Below, in pieces: positions 1 to 8,305 of a DNA stretch of 64,000 nucleotides (the stretch's first letter is position 1; each line of letters starts with the position of its first letter). The stretch lies in contig MELF01000046.1 in NCBI GenBank assembly GCA_001767525.1, forward strand, positions 22,811 to 86,810. The letters run 5' to 3'. The notes under the pieces are model-generated. The model worked only from the letters and a program-made list of their open reading frames with translations. It was not told the DNA's origin and made no database searches. Origin of the DNA: Acidobacteria bacterium RIFCSPLOWO2_12_FULL_68_19. GTDB lineage: Bacteria; Acidobacteriota; Vicinamibacteria; Vicinamibacterales; UBA2999. The position numbers were made by a program, and so were the translations under genes.

Positions 1-2
1 CG

Positions 3-917
3 GCGGGAGTCGACGAGGTCGACTGCCGCGCCGAATACGTCGATCACCTGCTTCGCATCCTGCCGCCCGACGATCGCCGCGCGCGAGTACCGATCGCCCT
101 CGACTGTGCGAACGGCGCAACGGCGACCGTGGCGCCGCAGCTCTTCGAGCGGCTGGGGTTCGACATCCGGCGGATCGGCTGCGACCCGAATGGGCGCAAC
201 ATCAACCTGGGATGCGGATCCACGGCGCCAGATCTGCTCGCGAGAACGGTGACCGAGACCGGGTGCCGCCTTGGCATCGCCTACGACGGCGACGGCGATC
301 GCGCCATCTTCGTCGATGATCGTGGAGGCATCGTCGATGGCGATGCCGTGTTGCTGATGTGCGCCAGGCAATTGAAGGCCGAAGGGCGGCTCAAGGGGAA
401 CGCGGTCGTCGCCACCGTGATGAGCAACATCGGTCTGGACATGGCGCTGCGGGAGGCGGACATCGAGATCGTTCGCTGTCCGGTGGGCGACAAGTACGTG
501 ATGGACGAGCTCCTCAGACGCGGTCTGTCACTGGGCGGCGAGCAGTCGGGGCACGTGATCTTTTCCGAGCATCTGTTCACCGGCGACGGTCTGGCGACCT
601 CGCTTCAGGTGCTGCGAACGATGGAGGTCACCGGGCGCGCGTTGAGCGACCTCGCCGCAGGGCTGAAGAAGTACCCCCAGGTGCTGCTCAACGTCCGCGT
701 GGATCGCAAGGTCGACCTGAAGACGATTGAGCCGGTGGCAGCCGTGATGGAAGGAGTCGAACGGCGTCTGGCGGGGCACGGCCGGCTGCTCGTGCGCTAC
801 TCGGGCACCGAGCCGCTGCTCCGCATCATGCTCGAAGGGCGCCAGGAGGGCGAGATCCAGCGGTGGGCGCAGGAGATCGCCGACGCGGTCACCGAACACC
901 TCGGGCGCGGGATGTAA
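3..917 (+). CDS. glmM: Phosphoglucosamine mutase (5' part outside window)
   Basis: Frame open from window start; DCANGA, DGDGDR metal loop, TVMSN, GGEQSGH and RYSGTEP motifs. Confidence 0.93.
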   Translation, partial: AGVDEVDCRAEYVDHLLRILPPDDRRARVPIALDCANGATATVAPQLFERLGFDIRRIGCDPNGRNINLGCGSTAPDLLARTVTETGCRLGIAYDGDGDRAIFVDDRGGIVDGDAVLLMCARQLKAEGRLKGNAVVATVMSNIGLDMALREADIEIVRCPVGDKYVMDELLRRGLSLGGEQSGHVIFSEHLFTGDGLATSLQVLRTMEVTGRALSDLAAGLKKYPQVLLNVRVDRKVDLKTIEPVAAVMEGVERRLAGHGRLLVRYSGTEPLLRIMLEGRQEGEIQRWAQEIADAVTEHLGRGM

Positions 918-1014
918 ACTCCCAAGACGCCAACGCCAAACGCCCAACGCGCTTGGGAGTTGGGTTGCTTGGGAGTTGGGACCTTGGGAGTTGGGGCCTT
1001 GGGAGTTGAGAGTT
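917..1014. repeat. Heptamer-based imperfect palindrome (AACTCCC-like arm / GGGAGTT arm)
   Basis: aactcccaagacgccaacgcc...ttgggagttggg repeated about 4 times; fills the glmM-pdxJ spacer. Confidence 0.8.
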
Positions 1015-1017
1015 CAG

Positions 1018-1758
1018 TTGGTCAGACTGTCCGTCAACGTCAACAAGGTAGCGACCGTGCGCAACTCTCGCGGCGGCGGCACCCCGTCGGTGCTCGACGC
1101 CGTGAAGGTGTGCATCGACGCGGGCGCGGCGGGCATCACCGTCCATCCACGCGCCGACGCGCGTCACATCACGACCGCTGACGTCTGGGAGATTGCGGCG
1201 CTCCTGGCGCCGCTCCGCGGCCGCGTGGAGTACAACATCGAAGGCGATCCGCGGCCCGATCTGCTCGAGATCGTCGGGCGCGTCAGGCCTGATCAGTGCA
1301 CGCTCGTGCCGGTCCGGCCCGGCGAGATCACGAGCCAGGCGGGCTGGCCGTCCGACACGCCGCGCACCGCCCTGGCCCCGGCGATCGCCGCTCTGCGGCG
1401 GGCCGGCATTCGCGTCAGCCTCTTTGTCGATCCGGAGGACGCGCCGATCCGGTGGGCCGCCGACCTCGGCGCCGACCGGGTGGAGCTCTACACGGAGCCG
1501 TACGCACGCGCGTTCGAGCGCGGCCGGGGCGAGGACGAGCGCTCGTATGCCGTCTACGCGCGCGTGGCCGAGCTGGCGCACTCGGTCGGTCTCGGCGTGA
1601 ATGCCGGTCACGACCTGAACCTCGAGAACCTGGGGGTGTTCCGGCGCCTGCCGCACCTCGACGAAGTGTCCATCGGGCACGCGCTCGTCAGCCACGCGCT
1701 CTTCGTCGGCTTGGCGCGGAGCGTGCGCGAGTATCTGGATGTGCTGGTGGGGGCATGA
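1018..1758 (+). CDS. pdxJ: Pyridoxine 5'-phosphate synthase
   Basis: LSVNVNKVATVRNSR, GITVHPR, VSLF, VELYTEPY, NAGHDL and EVSIGH motifs; TTG start at 1018 chosen because the upstream ORF extension is repeat-derived. Confidence 0.93.
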   Translation: MVRLSVNVNKVATVRNSRGGGTPSVLDAVKVCIDAGAAGITVHPRADARHITTADVWEIAALLAPLRGRVEYNIEGDPRPDLLEIVGRVRPDQCTLVPVRPGEITSQAGWPSDTPRTALAPAIAALRRAGIRVSLFVDPEDAPIRWAADLGADRVELYTEPYARAFERGRGEDERSYAVYARVAELAHSVGLGVNAGHDLNLENLGVFRRLPHLDEVSIGHALVSHALFVGLARSVREYLDVLVGA

Positions 1759-2531
1759 CGTCTTCGATGTCAACTCCCAACCCCCGACTTCCAATTCCCA
1801 AACGTCCTCGCGTGCCCTTGGGCGTTGAAAGTTGGACGTTGGGAGTTGTCGTCGCGGCGCTCGTGACCGCCGCGCCGCCGCTCGCCGCCGCCGGCCGGCC
1901 GGTCGCGATTCGCGCCGCCGATGGCCGCACCACGACCGGCCTGATGTTCGACGCCAGGACCCGTCCGGCCCCGGCGGTCGTCCTGGTGCCGATGCTGGGG
2001 CGGCCAAAGGAGGATTGGCAGATGGTGGCGCAGCAGTTGGCGGACGCCAATCTCAGCGCGCTCGCCATCGACTTGCCCGACACGACACTCCCCGCCGATC
2101 CGACAGAGCTTTTGCGGTGGCACGAGCCAATCGGCGCGGCGGTCGCGTACCTGGCCGGCCGCCCCGCCGACGTGCGGCCTGGCGCGGTCGGCGTGGCGGG
2201 TGCGTCCCTCGGCGCCAACCTGGCCGTGCTCGCCGCTGCGGCGGATACCGCGATCCGGGCAATCGCGCTGGTGTCGCCGTCGCTCGACTACCGCGGCGTC
2301 CGCATCGAGCTGCCGTTCGCCCAGTACGGCCCGCGGCCGGCGCTGCTGATGGCGAGCGTGCACGATGCGTTCGCGACGCGGTCGATCCGCACGCTCGCCC
2401 AGGACGCCTCCAGCGCGCGCGAGGTGCGGTGGTCGAACGTGCCGGCCCATGGCACGATCCTGCTGGCTCGCGACGCCGAGCTCGTGCGCGCGCTCGTCGA
2501 GTGGTTCCAGCGGACGCTCTCGGTGAACTAA
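1755..2531 (+). CDS. Exported alpha/beta-hydrolase
   Basis: GASLG nucleophile elbow, late HG; ATGA overlap with pdxJ; signal-peptide-like hydrophobic segment. Confidence 0.7.
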   Translation: MTSSMSTPNPRLPIPKRPRVPLGVESWTLGVVVAALVTAAPPLAAAGRPVAIRAADGRTTTGLMFDARTRPAPAVVLVPMLGRPKEDWQMVAQQLADANLSALAIDLPDTTLPADPTELLRWHEPIGAAVAYLAGRPADVRPGAVGVAGASLGANLAVLAAAADTAIRAIALVSPSLDYRGVRIELPFAQYGPRPALLMASVHDAFATRSIRTLAQDASSAREVRWSNVPAHGTILLARDAELVRALVEWFQRTLSVN

Positions 2532-2539
2532 GATCGGCT

Positions 2540-2634
2540 GTGGGCGTTGGGCGGCAGGCTCGAGGCAGCCCAAGGCCCAAGGCCCAACGCCCAAGGTCCA
2601 GCGCCCAAGGCCCTACGTCCAACGTCCAAGGCCC
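2540..2634. repeat. Heptamer repeat spacer (GGCGTTG / CCAAGGC-CCAACGC units)
   Basis: cccaaggcccaaggcccaacgcccaaggtccagcgcccaaggcc... ending at the next ATG. Confidence 0.7.
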
Positions 2635-3240
2635 ATGAAGGCTGAATCGATCGTCTTCGCCGTCGCCGGTATGTGCTTTGGCGTCATCCTCGGATGGGTC
2701 ATTGGCACACAGCAGGCCGCCCGTCCGGCCGCGCCGGCCACCGCTCAGGTCCCGCAAACGGGACAGGCGACGACGCGGCAGGCGCCGCCGCTCGATGAGG
2801 CGCGCGTGCAGGCGTTGATGACGGTCGTCAAGAACGACCCGAAGAACGCCGGGGCGGCCCTCCAGCTCGGCAACACCTACTTCGACGCCGAGCGGTACGA
2901 GGACGCCATCAAGTGGTACGAGGAAAGCATCCGGATCGATCCGAAGAATCCCGACGCGAGCACCGACCTCGGCATCAGCTACTACTACACCGGTCAGACC
3001 GATCGCGCGCTGCAGCGGTTCGAAGAGTCGCTGAAGCTCGATCCCCGTCACACGAAGACGATGTTGAACAAGGGCATCGTACTGGCGTTCGGAAAGCAGG
3101 ATCTCGCAGGAGCGGAGGCCGCGTGGAAGCAGGTGGTGGCGCTCGCGCCCGACAGCCAGGAAGGGCAGGCGGCCCGCCGCGCGCTCGATGGGATTGCCGC
3201 CGCCGGCCATCCTCGCCCCGGCGCCACGCCGGGCAGCTGA
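2635..3240 (+). CDS. Membrane-anchored TPR protein
   Basis: N-terminal TM helix; TPR repeats (LGNTYFDAERYEDAIKWYEE..DPKN, LGISYYY..DRAL). Confidence 0.8.
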   Translation: MKAESIVFAVAGMCFGVILGWVIGTQQAARPAAPATAQVPQTGQATTRQAPPLDEARVQALMTVVKNDPKNAGAALQLGNTYFDAERYEDAIKWYEESIRIDPKNPDASTDLGISYYYTGQTDRALQRFEESLKLDPRHTKTMLNKGIVLAFGKQDLAGAEAAWKQVVALAPDSQEGQAARRALDGIAAAGHPRPGATPGS

Positions 3241-3255
3241 CGCGGACGTGACGCG

Positions 3256-3507
3256 GTGGTCAGGTTCCTTCTCCTCACGATCCTGCTCGTTGTCGTCGCA
3301 CGCCTGTTCTGGCGATTGATGGACGCCGTGATGGCCGGCGCGCGCGGGGTTCCGGGCCCAGGCGGTCAGCGGCGCGAGCCCGTGAAGCTCGTTCGCGACC
3401 CGGTGTGCGGCACCTACGTGCCTCCGCGGTCGTCGCTCTCGCTGACCTCCGGCGGCAGCACGCATTACTTCTGTTCCGAGGCATGCAGGCAGAAGTTCAG
3501 GCGATGA
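3256..3507 (+). CDS. Small membrane protein with YHS/TRASH domain
   Basis: N-terminal TM helix; DPVCGTYV...YFCSEAC signature. Confidence 0.8.
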   Translation: MVRFLLLTILLVVVARLFWRLMDAVMAGARGVPGPGGQRREPVKLVRDPVCGTYVPPRSSLSLTSGGSTHYFCSEACRQKFRR

Positions 3508-4361
3508 CGAGAGTCGAGGAACAGATTCGCGCGGATATCGTCGAGGCTGGCCGGCGGCTCTACGCGCGCGCGTTGGTCGCCTCGAACGACGGCAACATCA
3601 CCGCGCGCCTCGACGACCGGCGGCTCCTCGCCACGCCCAAGAGCGTGTCGAAGGGGTTCATGACCCCCGACATGATGGTGATTGTCGACTACGACGGACA
3701 CAAGCTCGCGGGCGAGCGCGATCCGTCCACCGAGCTGCCGATGCACCTCGAAATCTACCGCAATCGGACCGACGTGAACGCGGTGGTGCACGCGCATCCG
3801 CCGATCGCAACCGGGTTCGCCGTTGCCGGCATTCCGCTGACCCGGGCCGTGCTGGCTGAAGTGATCACCACACTCGGGAGCATTCCCATTGCCGCCTACG
3901 GCACGCCGTCGACGAGCGAGCTTCCCGAAGCGGTCCGCAAGTACATCAAGGCGCACGACGGGATGCTGCTCGCCAACCACGGCGCCGTCACGTGCGGCAC
4001 GGACGTGCTCGGGGCGTACTACAAGATGGAGACGATCGAGCACTTCGCCAGGATCAGTCTGGTGGCGCGCCTGCTCGGGCGCGAGCACCTGATCTCGCGC
4101 GAGGAAGTCGAGCGCCTGCAGGGGCTGCGCGGCGTGTACGGCATTCCGGCTCCGGCGCCGCTCTGCGCCGATCCCGCCGATGCGGGCGGGGACCAGGTCG
4201 CCTGCCAGGCGCTCGAGGCGCCGGTGTCGCGGGATGGACGGCTGGTGCCCGATGTTCCCGCGCTCGATCGGGTGGAGTCGCGCCGGGACGGGGAAATTCG
4301 GCTAACATACGACGAACTGACGGCGCTGATCACAGAGGCGGTCAGAACCTTGAAGGACTGA
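3504..4361 (+). CDS. Class II aldolase/adducin family protein with C-terminal encapsulation-peptide-like helix
   Basis: NDGNITAR, PSTELPMH, VVHAHP, LLANHG (Zn ligands); Pro-rich linker then LTYDELTALITEAVRTL. Confidence 0.88.
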   Translation: MTRVEEQIRADIVEAGRRLYARALVASNDGNITARLDDRRLLATPKSVSKGFMTPDMMVIVDYDGHKLAGERDPSTELPMHLEIYRNRTDVNAVVHAHPPIATGFAVAGIPLTRAVLAEVITTLGSIPIAAYGTPSTSELPEAVRKYIKAHDGMLLANHGAVTCGTDVLGAYYKMETIEHFARISLVARLLGREHLISREEVERLQGLRGVYGIPAPAPLCADPADAGGDQVACQALEAPVSRDGRLVPDVPALDRVESRRDGEIRLTYDELTALITEAVRTLKD

Positions 4362-4431
4362 ACTCGCAAGCACCCCGCTCCCAAATTCCCAACTGCGTGT
4401 GGGCGTTGTGGAGTCGGGCGTTGAGAGTTGA
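4361..4431. repeat. Heptamer palindrome spacer
   Basis: aactcgcaag...ctcccaaattcccaac / gggcgttgtggagtcgggcgttgagagtt. Confidence 0.65.
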
Positions 4432-4443
4432 CAGGGAGACGAA

Positions 4444-4743
4444 ATGGGAGAGGCGCTGGGAATGGTCGAAACCAAGGGCCTGGTCGCCATGATCGAGGCG
4501 GCCGACGCGATGGTCAAGGCCGCGAAAGTGACGCTCGTCGGGTGGGAGAAGATCGGCGCCGGCTACGTGACGGCGATCGTTCGGGGCGACGTCGCCGCCG
4601 TCAAGGCGGCGACCGATGCTGGCGCCGCGGCGGCTCGGCGCGTGGGCGAGCTGGTGTCGGTCCACGTCATCCCGCGGCCGCACGCGAACCTCGAGGACGC
4701 GCTGCCCATCGGCAAGGCGACCGCCGGCGCCGCGAAGTCGTAG
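4444..4743 (+). CDS. BMC shell hexamer protein (BMC-H, EutM/PduA/CcmK-like)
   Basis: [36 protein letters not shown]; GGGAG RBS. Confidence 0.96.
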   Translation: MGEALGMVETKGLVAMIEAADAMVKAAKVTLVGWEKIGAGYVTAIVRGDVAAVKAATDAGAAAARRVGELVSVHVIPRPHANLEDALPIGKATAGAAKS

Positions 4744-4758
4744 CCGAGGACGGCCCCG

Positions 4759-5034
4759 ATGATTCTGGCCCGCATCGTCGGGACTGTTGTCGCTACGCGC
4801 AAGGACCCGCGCCTCGTCAGCCACAAGCTGCTGGTGGCGCGTCCGGTGGACCCTCACGGCAAGAACGACGGCAACTACCTGGTCGCCGTCGACACCGTTG
4901 ACGCCGGCGTCGGCGAGACGGTGCTGATCGTCAGCGGCAGCTCCGCCCGCATGGCCGCCGGCATGAAGGACTGTCCGGTCGATGCGGCCATCGTCGGCAT
5001 CATCGATGCCGTCGAGATAGCGTCGGGGGATTGA
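4759..5034 (+). CDS. BMC vertex pentamer protein (BMC-P, EutN/CcmL family) 1
   Basis: ARIVGTVVATRK..KLLV..VAVDTVDAGVGETVL..GSSAR..DAAIVGIID. Confidence 0.95.
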   Translation: MILARIVGTVVATRKDPRLVSHKLLVARPVDPHGKNDGNYLVAVDTVDAGVGETVLIVSGSSARMAAGMKDCPVDAAIVGIIDAVEIASGD

Positions 5035-5039
5035 TCGGC

Positions 5040-5318
5040 ATGCAGCTCGCGCGCGTCATCGGCGACGTGGTCATCACGCGAAAGGACGAGAACCTCACGG
5101 GCCTCAAGCTGCTCGTGCTGCAGCCGATCGCCGCCGACGGCACCGCCGTGGGCCGCACGCTGGTTGCGGTGGATGCCGCCGGCGCCGGGGCGGGCGAAAC
5201 CGTGTTCTTCGTCCGTGGGAAGGAAGCCAGCTTTCCGTGGTACCCGACCGAGGTCCCTGCCGACGCCGGCATCGTCGGGATTGTCGATCACTGGGATGTG
5301 GAGCCGCCGCGTACGTAG
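5040..5318 (+). CDS. BMC-P (EutN/CcmL family) 2
   Basis: ARVIGDVVITRK..VAVDAAGAGAGETV..GKEA..DAGIVGIVD. Confidence 0.93.
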   Translation: MQLARVIGDVVITRKDENLTGLKLLVLQPIAADGTAVGRTLVAVDAAGAGAGETVFFVRGKEASFPWYPTEVPADAGIVGIVDHWDVEPPRT

Positions 5319-5342
5319 CGGGAGCCGGTCGGACCGGATGAT

Positions 5343-5615
5343 ATGCAAATCGCGCGCGTCGTCGGCACCGTCGTCGCCACGCAGAAGCACCGCGCGTTCG
5401 AGGGCGCGAAGCTGCTGCTCGTCCAGCCGCTGACGCTCGACGACAAGCCGCGCGGCACGGCGCTGCTGGCCGTGGACACACTCGGGGCCGGCGTGCACGA
5501 GAAGGTGCTCGTCGTCATGGAAGGGCGCGCCGCGGGCGAGGCGCTCGGCCGACGACTGGCGCCGGTCGACGCGGCGGTCGTCGGCATTATCGATACCGTG
5601 GACGTGGTCGCATGA
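5343..5615 (+). CDS. BMC-P (EutN/CcmL family) 3
   Basis: ARVVGTVVATQK..LAVDTLGAGVHEKVL..EGRAA..DAAVVGIID. Confidence 0.93.
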   Translation: MQIARVVGTVVATQKHRAFEGAKLLLVQPLTLDDKPRGTALLAVDTLGAGVHEKVLVVMEGRAAGEALGRRLAPVDAAVVGIIDTVDVVA

Positions 5616-5842
5616 CCGACGACGAACTGCGAGCGCTCGTGCGCGCGGCCATCGCGCAGTACGCTGGTGCCGCCCCCGTCCAGCCCGAGGGCGGCCGTCC
5701 GCACGGCGTTCCCGTCCGCCTGCACCCGAGCCACGGTCGATTCACGAGGCTCCCCGCCGGCTCCGACGCGGACGGCCCCTGCCTCATCGAGCCTGCCATC
5801 ACGTGCTACCGCTGTGGCTACTGCCAGTCGTACGGGCACTAG
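5612..5842 (+). CDS. Small protein: N-terminal encapsulation-peptide-like helix plus C-terminal Cys4-His metal motif
   Basis: MTDDELRALVRAAIAQY ... CLIEPAITCYRCGYCQSYGH; ATGA overlap with BMC-P3. Confidence 0.75.
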   Translation: MTDDELRALVRAAIAQYAGAAPVQPEGGRPHGVPVRLHPSHGRFTRLPAGSDADGPCLIEPAITCYRCGYCQSYGH

Positions 5843-6764
5843 GCCGGCCGTCCTCCTCACCCGCAAGCTCCCGGCGTCCGTGATGGCGCGCCTCGAGGCC
5901 TCGTGCGAGGTGGAGCAGTGCGAGGCCGACGGCGCGTCGGCGCGCCGTGAGCTCCTGGCCTGCGTGGCGGGCAAACAGGCGCTCGTCTCGATGGTGACCG
6001 ACATGGTGGACCGCCCGGTGATCGAGGCGGGCGGCACGCTGCGGATCATCGCGAACGTCGCCGTCGGCTACAACAACGTCGACGTGGCGGCGGCGCGTGA
6101 GCGCGGCATCGTTGTCACCAACACGCCCGACGTGCTGACAGACGCGACCGCGGACTTCACGCTGGCCCTCGTGCTGGCCGTGACCCGCCGCCTGGGCGAA
6201 GGAGAGCGCATGCTGCGCCGGGGCGACTGGAAGGGCTGGGCCTTCGACCAGCTCCTCGGGGCCGAGCTGCGCGGCAAGCAGCTCGGTATCGTCGGCTTCG
6301 GGCGGATCGGCCGCGCCGTCGCCGCGCGGGCGCAGGCGTTCGGCATGACGATCGCCCATGCGTCTCGGTCCGATGCCGGCATGCCGCTCGATCGCCTGCT
6401 CGCCACCTCGGACGTGGTGTCGCTGCACGTCCCGCTGACGCCGGAGACGCGGCACCTCGTCGGGCAGCCCGAACTGGCGCGGATGAAGCGCACCGCGTAT
6501 CTCGTCAACACCACCCGCGGGCCGGTCGTCGACGAGGCGGCCCTCGCGTGGGCGCTGAAGAACCGGCTGATCGCGGGCGCCGCGCTCGACGTCTACGAGC
6601 GGGAGCCGGAGGTGCACCCGGATCTCCTCGCGCTCGAGAATGTCGTGCTCGCGCCGCACCTCGGCAGCGCCACCACTGAAACGCGGACGGCCATGGCGGA
6701 CCTCGCCGTCCGCAACGTCGTGGCGGTGCTCGGCGGCGACCCGCCCCTGACGCCGGTCGCGTGA
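5814..6764 (+). CDS. D-isomer-specific 2-hydroxyacid dehydrogenase (glyoxylate/hydroxypyruvate reductase-like)
   Basis: VAVGYNNVD, VTNTPDVL, GFGRIG, NTTRG, ALDVYEREP, PHLGSAT; GTG 5814 is the nearest start upstream of the conserved LLTRKLP strand. Confidence 0.88.
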   Translation: MATASRTGTRPAVLLTRKLPASVMARLEASCEVEQCEADGASARRELLACVAGKQALVSMVTDMVDRPVIEAGGTLRIIANVAVGYNNVDVAAARERGIVVTNTPDVLTDATADFTLALVLAVTRRLGEGERMLRRGDWKGWAFDQLLGAELRGKQLGIVGFGRIGRAVAARAQAFGMTIAHASRSDAGMPLDRLLATSDVVSLHVPLTPETRHLVGQPELARMKRTAYLVNTTRGPVVDEAALAWALKNRLIAGAALDVYEREPEVHPDLLALENVVLAPHLGSATTETRTAMADLAVRNVVAVLGGDPPLTPVA

Positions 6765-6779
6765 TCCGGCCCGGTCGCG

Positions 6780-7577
6780 CTAGTCTGCAACGAGACGCCC
6801 GACGTCGACCTCGCGCTGCCAGAGCTGCACGATGACCGGCCGTACGTCGGCGGGTGTGCCGCTCGTCCAGAACCGCTCGGCGCCCTGGCGCTCCGGCGGG
6901 GCCAGCCGGTTGAGGGCCGCCAGGCGCCGGCCCACCTCGCGCGCGACGGCGACGGCGGGATCGATCACGCGCACCGATGAACCCGCCGCGGCCTGGATGG
7001 CGTCTTTCAGGAACGGGTAGTGCGTGCAGCCCAGGACCAGGATATCTGCGCCTCGCTCCACCAGCGGACGCACGTAGCGTTCGACGAGCGAGCGGGTCTC
7101 GGCGCCGGCGAGGTCGCCCTTCTCGACCTGTTCCACCAGTCCGGGGCACGGCTCCTGGAGCACGTCAACGTTGGCGCCGTAGCTGGAGACGAGCCGTTCG
7201 AATCGAGCGCTGGCGAGGGTCGGCGCCGTTGCGAGCACCCCGATCACGCCTGTCCTGGTGTCGAGTGCGGCCGGCTTGACGGCCGGTTCGATCGCCACAA
7301 TCGGTGTCTCGGTTTCAGCGCGCAGCGCGTCGATGGCGACGCCGGTGGCGGTGTTGCAGGCGACGACAACGAGCTTGACGCCCCGGCCGTCGAGCCAGCG
7401 GACGATCGCGGCGGCGCGTGCTCGGATTACTGCCGGCGGCTTGCCTCCGTAGGGCGCGAACGCCGAATCGGCCACGTACAGGAGATCTTCGGCCGGCAGC
7501 TCGCGCCGGATCTCGCGCAGCACCGACAGGCCTCCGACGCCAGAGTCGAACACGCCGATGGGTTGTTCCAGGACCAC
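6780..7577 (-). CDS. murI: Glutamate racemase
   Basis: FDSGVGGL, PYG, VACNTA, LGCTHYP. Confidence 0.95.
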   Translation of the reverse strand: MVLEQPIGVFDSGVGGLSVLREIRRELPAEDLLYVADSAFAPYGGKPPAVIRARAAAIVRWLDGRGVKLVVVACNTATGVAIDALRAETETPIVAIEPAVKPAALDTRTGVIGVLATAPTLASARFERLVSSYGANVDVLQEPCPGLVEQVEKGDLAGAETRSLVERYVRPLVERGADILVLGCTHYPFLKDAIQAAAGSSVRVIDPAVAVAREVGRRLAALNRLAPPERQGAERFWTSGTPADVRPVIVQLWQREVDVGRLVAD

Positions 7578-7618
7578 GTGCGGCGATGATCTTATGCTGA
7601 TAGTCTCGTGATCGCGGT

Positions 7619-8305
7619 ATGAGCGAGGCCCGGAGTCCCCACCCCCGCACCGTCGAGCGCGTGATGCGCCGGCTGGCGCGCGCCATGACCGGGCTCGAGC
7701 TGCCTGCCGTGGAGAAGATCTCCGAAGAGCAGGCCAAGGATCCCTTCCGGATTCTCATTTCGACGCTGCTGTCGGCGCGGACGCAGGACGCCACGACTCA
7801 TGCGGCGTCGACCCGGCTGTTCCGAGTCGCCCGCACGCCGCAGTCGATGGCGAGGCTGCCCGTCAGGGATCTCGCGCGGCTGATCTACCCGGTGAGCTTC
7901 TACCGGAACAAGGCGCGGCACGTGAAGGCGTGCTGCGAGATGCTCGTCGGCCGCTACGGCGGGCGGGTGCCGTCGACGATGGAGGAGCTGGTGACGCTGC
8001 CGGGGGTGGGCCGGAAGACGGCCAACCTCGTGATGATTCTCGGGTTCCGCAGCCCCGACAACATCTGCGTCGACACGCACGTTCACCGGATCTCGAACCG
8101 CCTGGGATGGGTCGCCACGCGGGCGCCGGACGAGACCGAGCAGGCGCTCTACCGCGCCACCGATCGCCGGTGGTGGCCCCACATCAACCTGTACCTCGTC
8201 ACCTGGGGGCAGAACGTCTGCCGTCCCGTCTACCCGCGCTGCGGAGATTGCGTTATCAGGCCTGAATGTCGAAGAATTGGCGTCGAACGGAGGAACGGCA
8301 CATGA
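7619..8305 (+). CDS. nth: Endonuclease III
   Basis: LLSARTQD, HhH LPGVGRKTA, VDTHV, C-x6-C-x2-C-x5-C FeS motif. Confidence 0.92.
   Translation: MSEARSPHPRTVERVMRRLARAMTGLELPAVEKISEEQAKDPFRILISTLLSARTQDATTHAASTRLFRVARTPQSMARLPVRDLARLIYPVSFYRNKARHVKACCEMLVGRYGGRVPSTMEELVTLPGVGRKTANLVMILGFRSPDNICVDTHVHRISNRLGWVATRAPDETEQALYRATDRRWWPHINLYLVTWGQNVCRPVYPRCGDCVIRPECRRIGVERRNGT

Noticed and set aside
917-1014. Regular repeats here and at 8891 and 38161 as a CRISPR array
   Set aside because: Units are 7-9 nt, degenerate and inverted, with no unique spacers and no cas genes.
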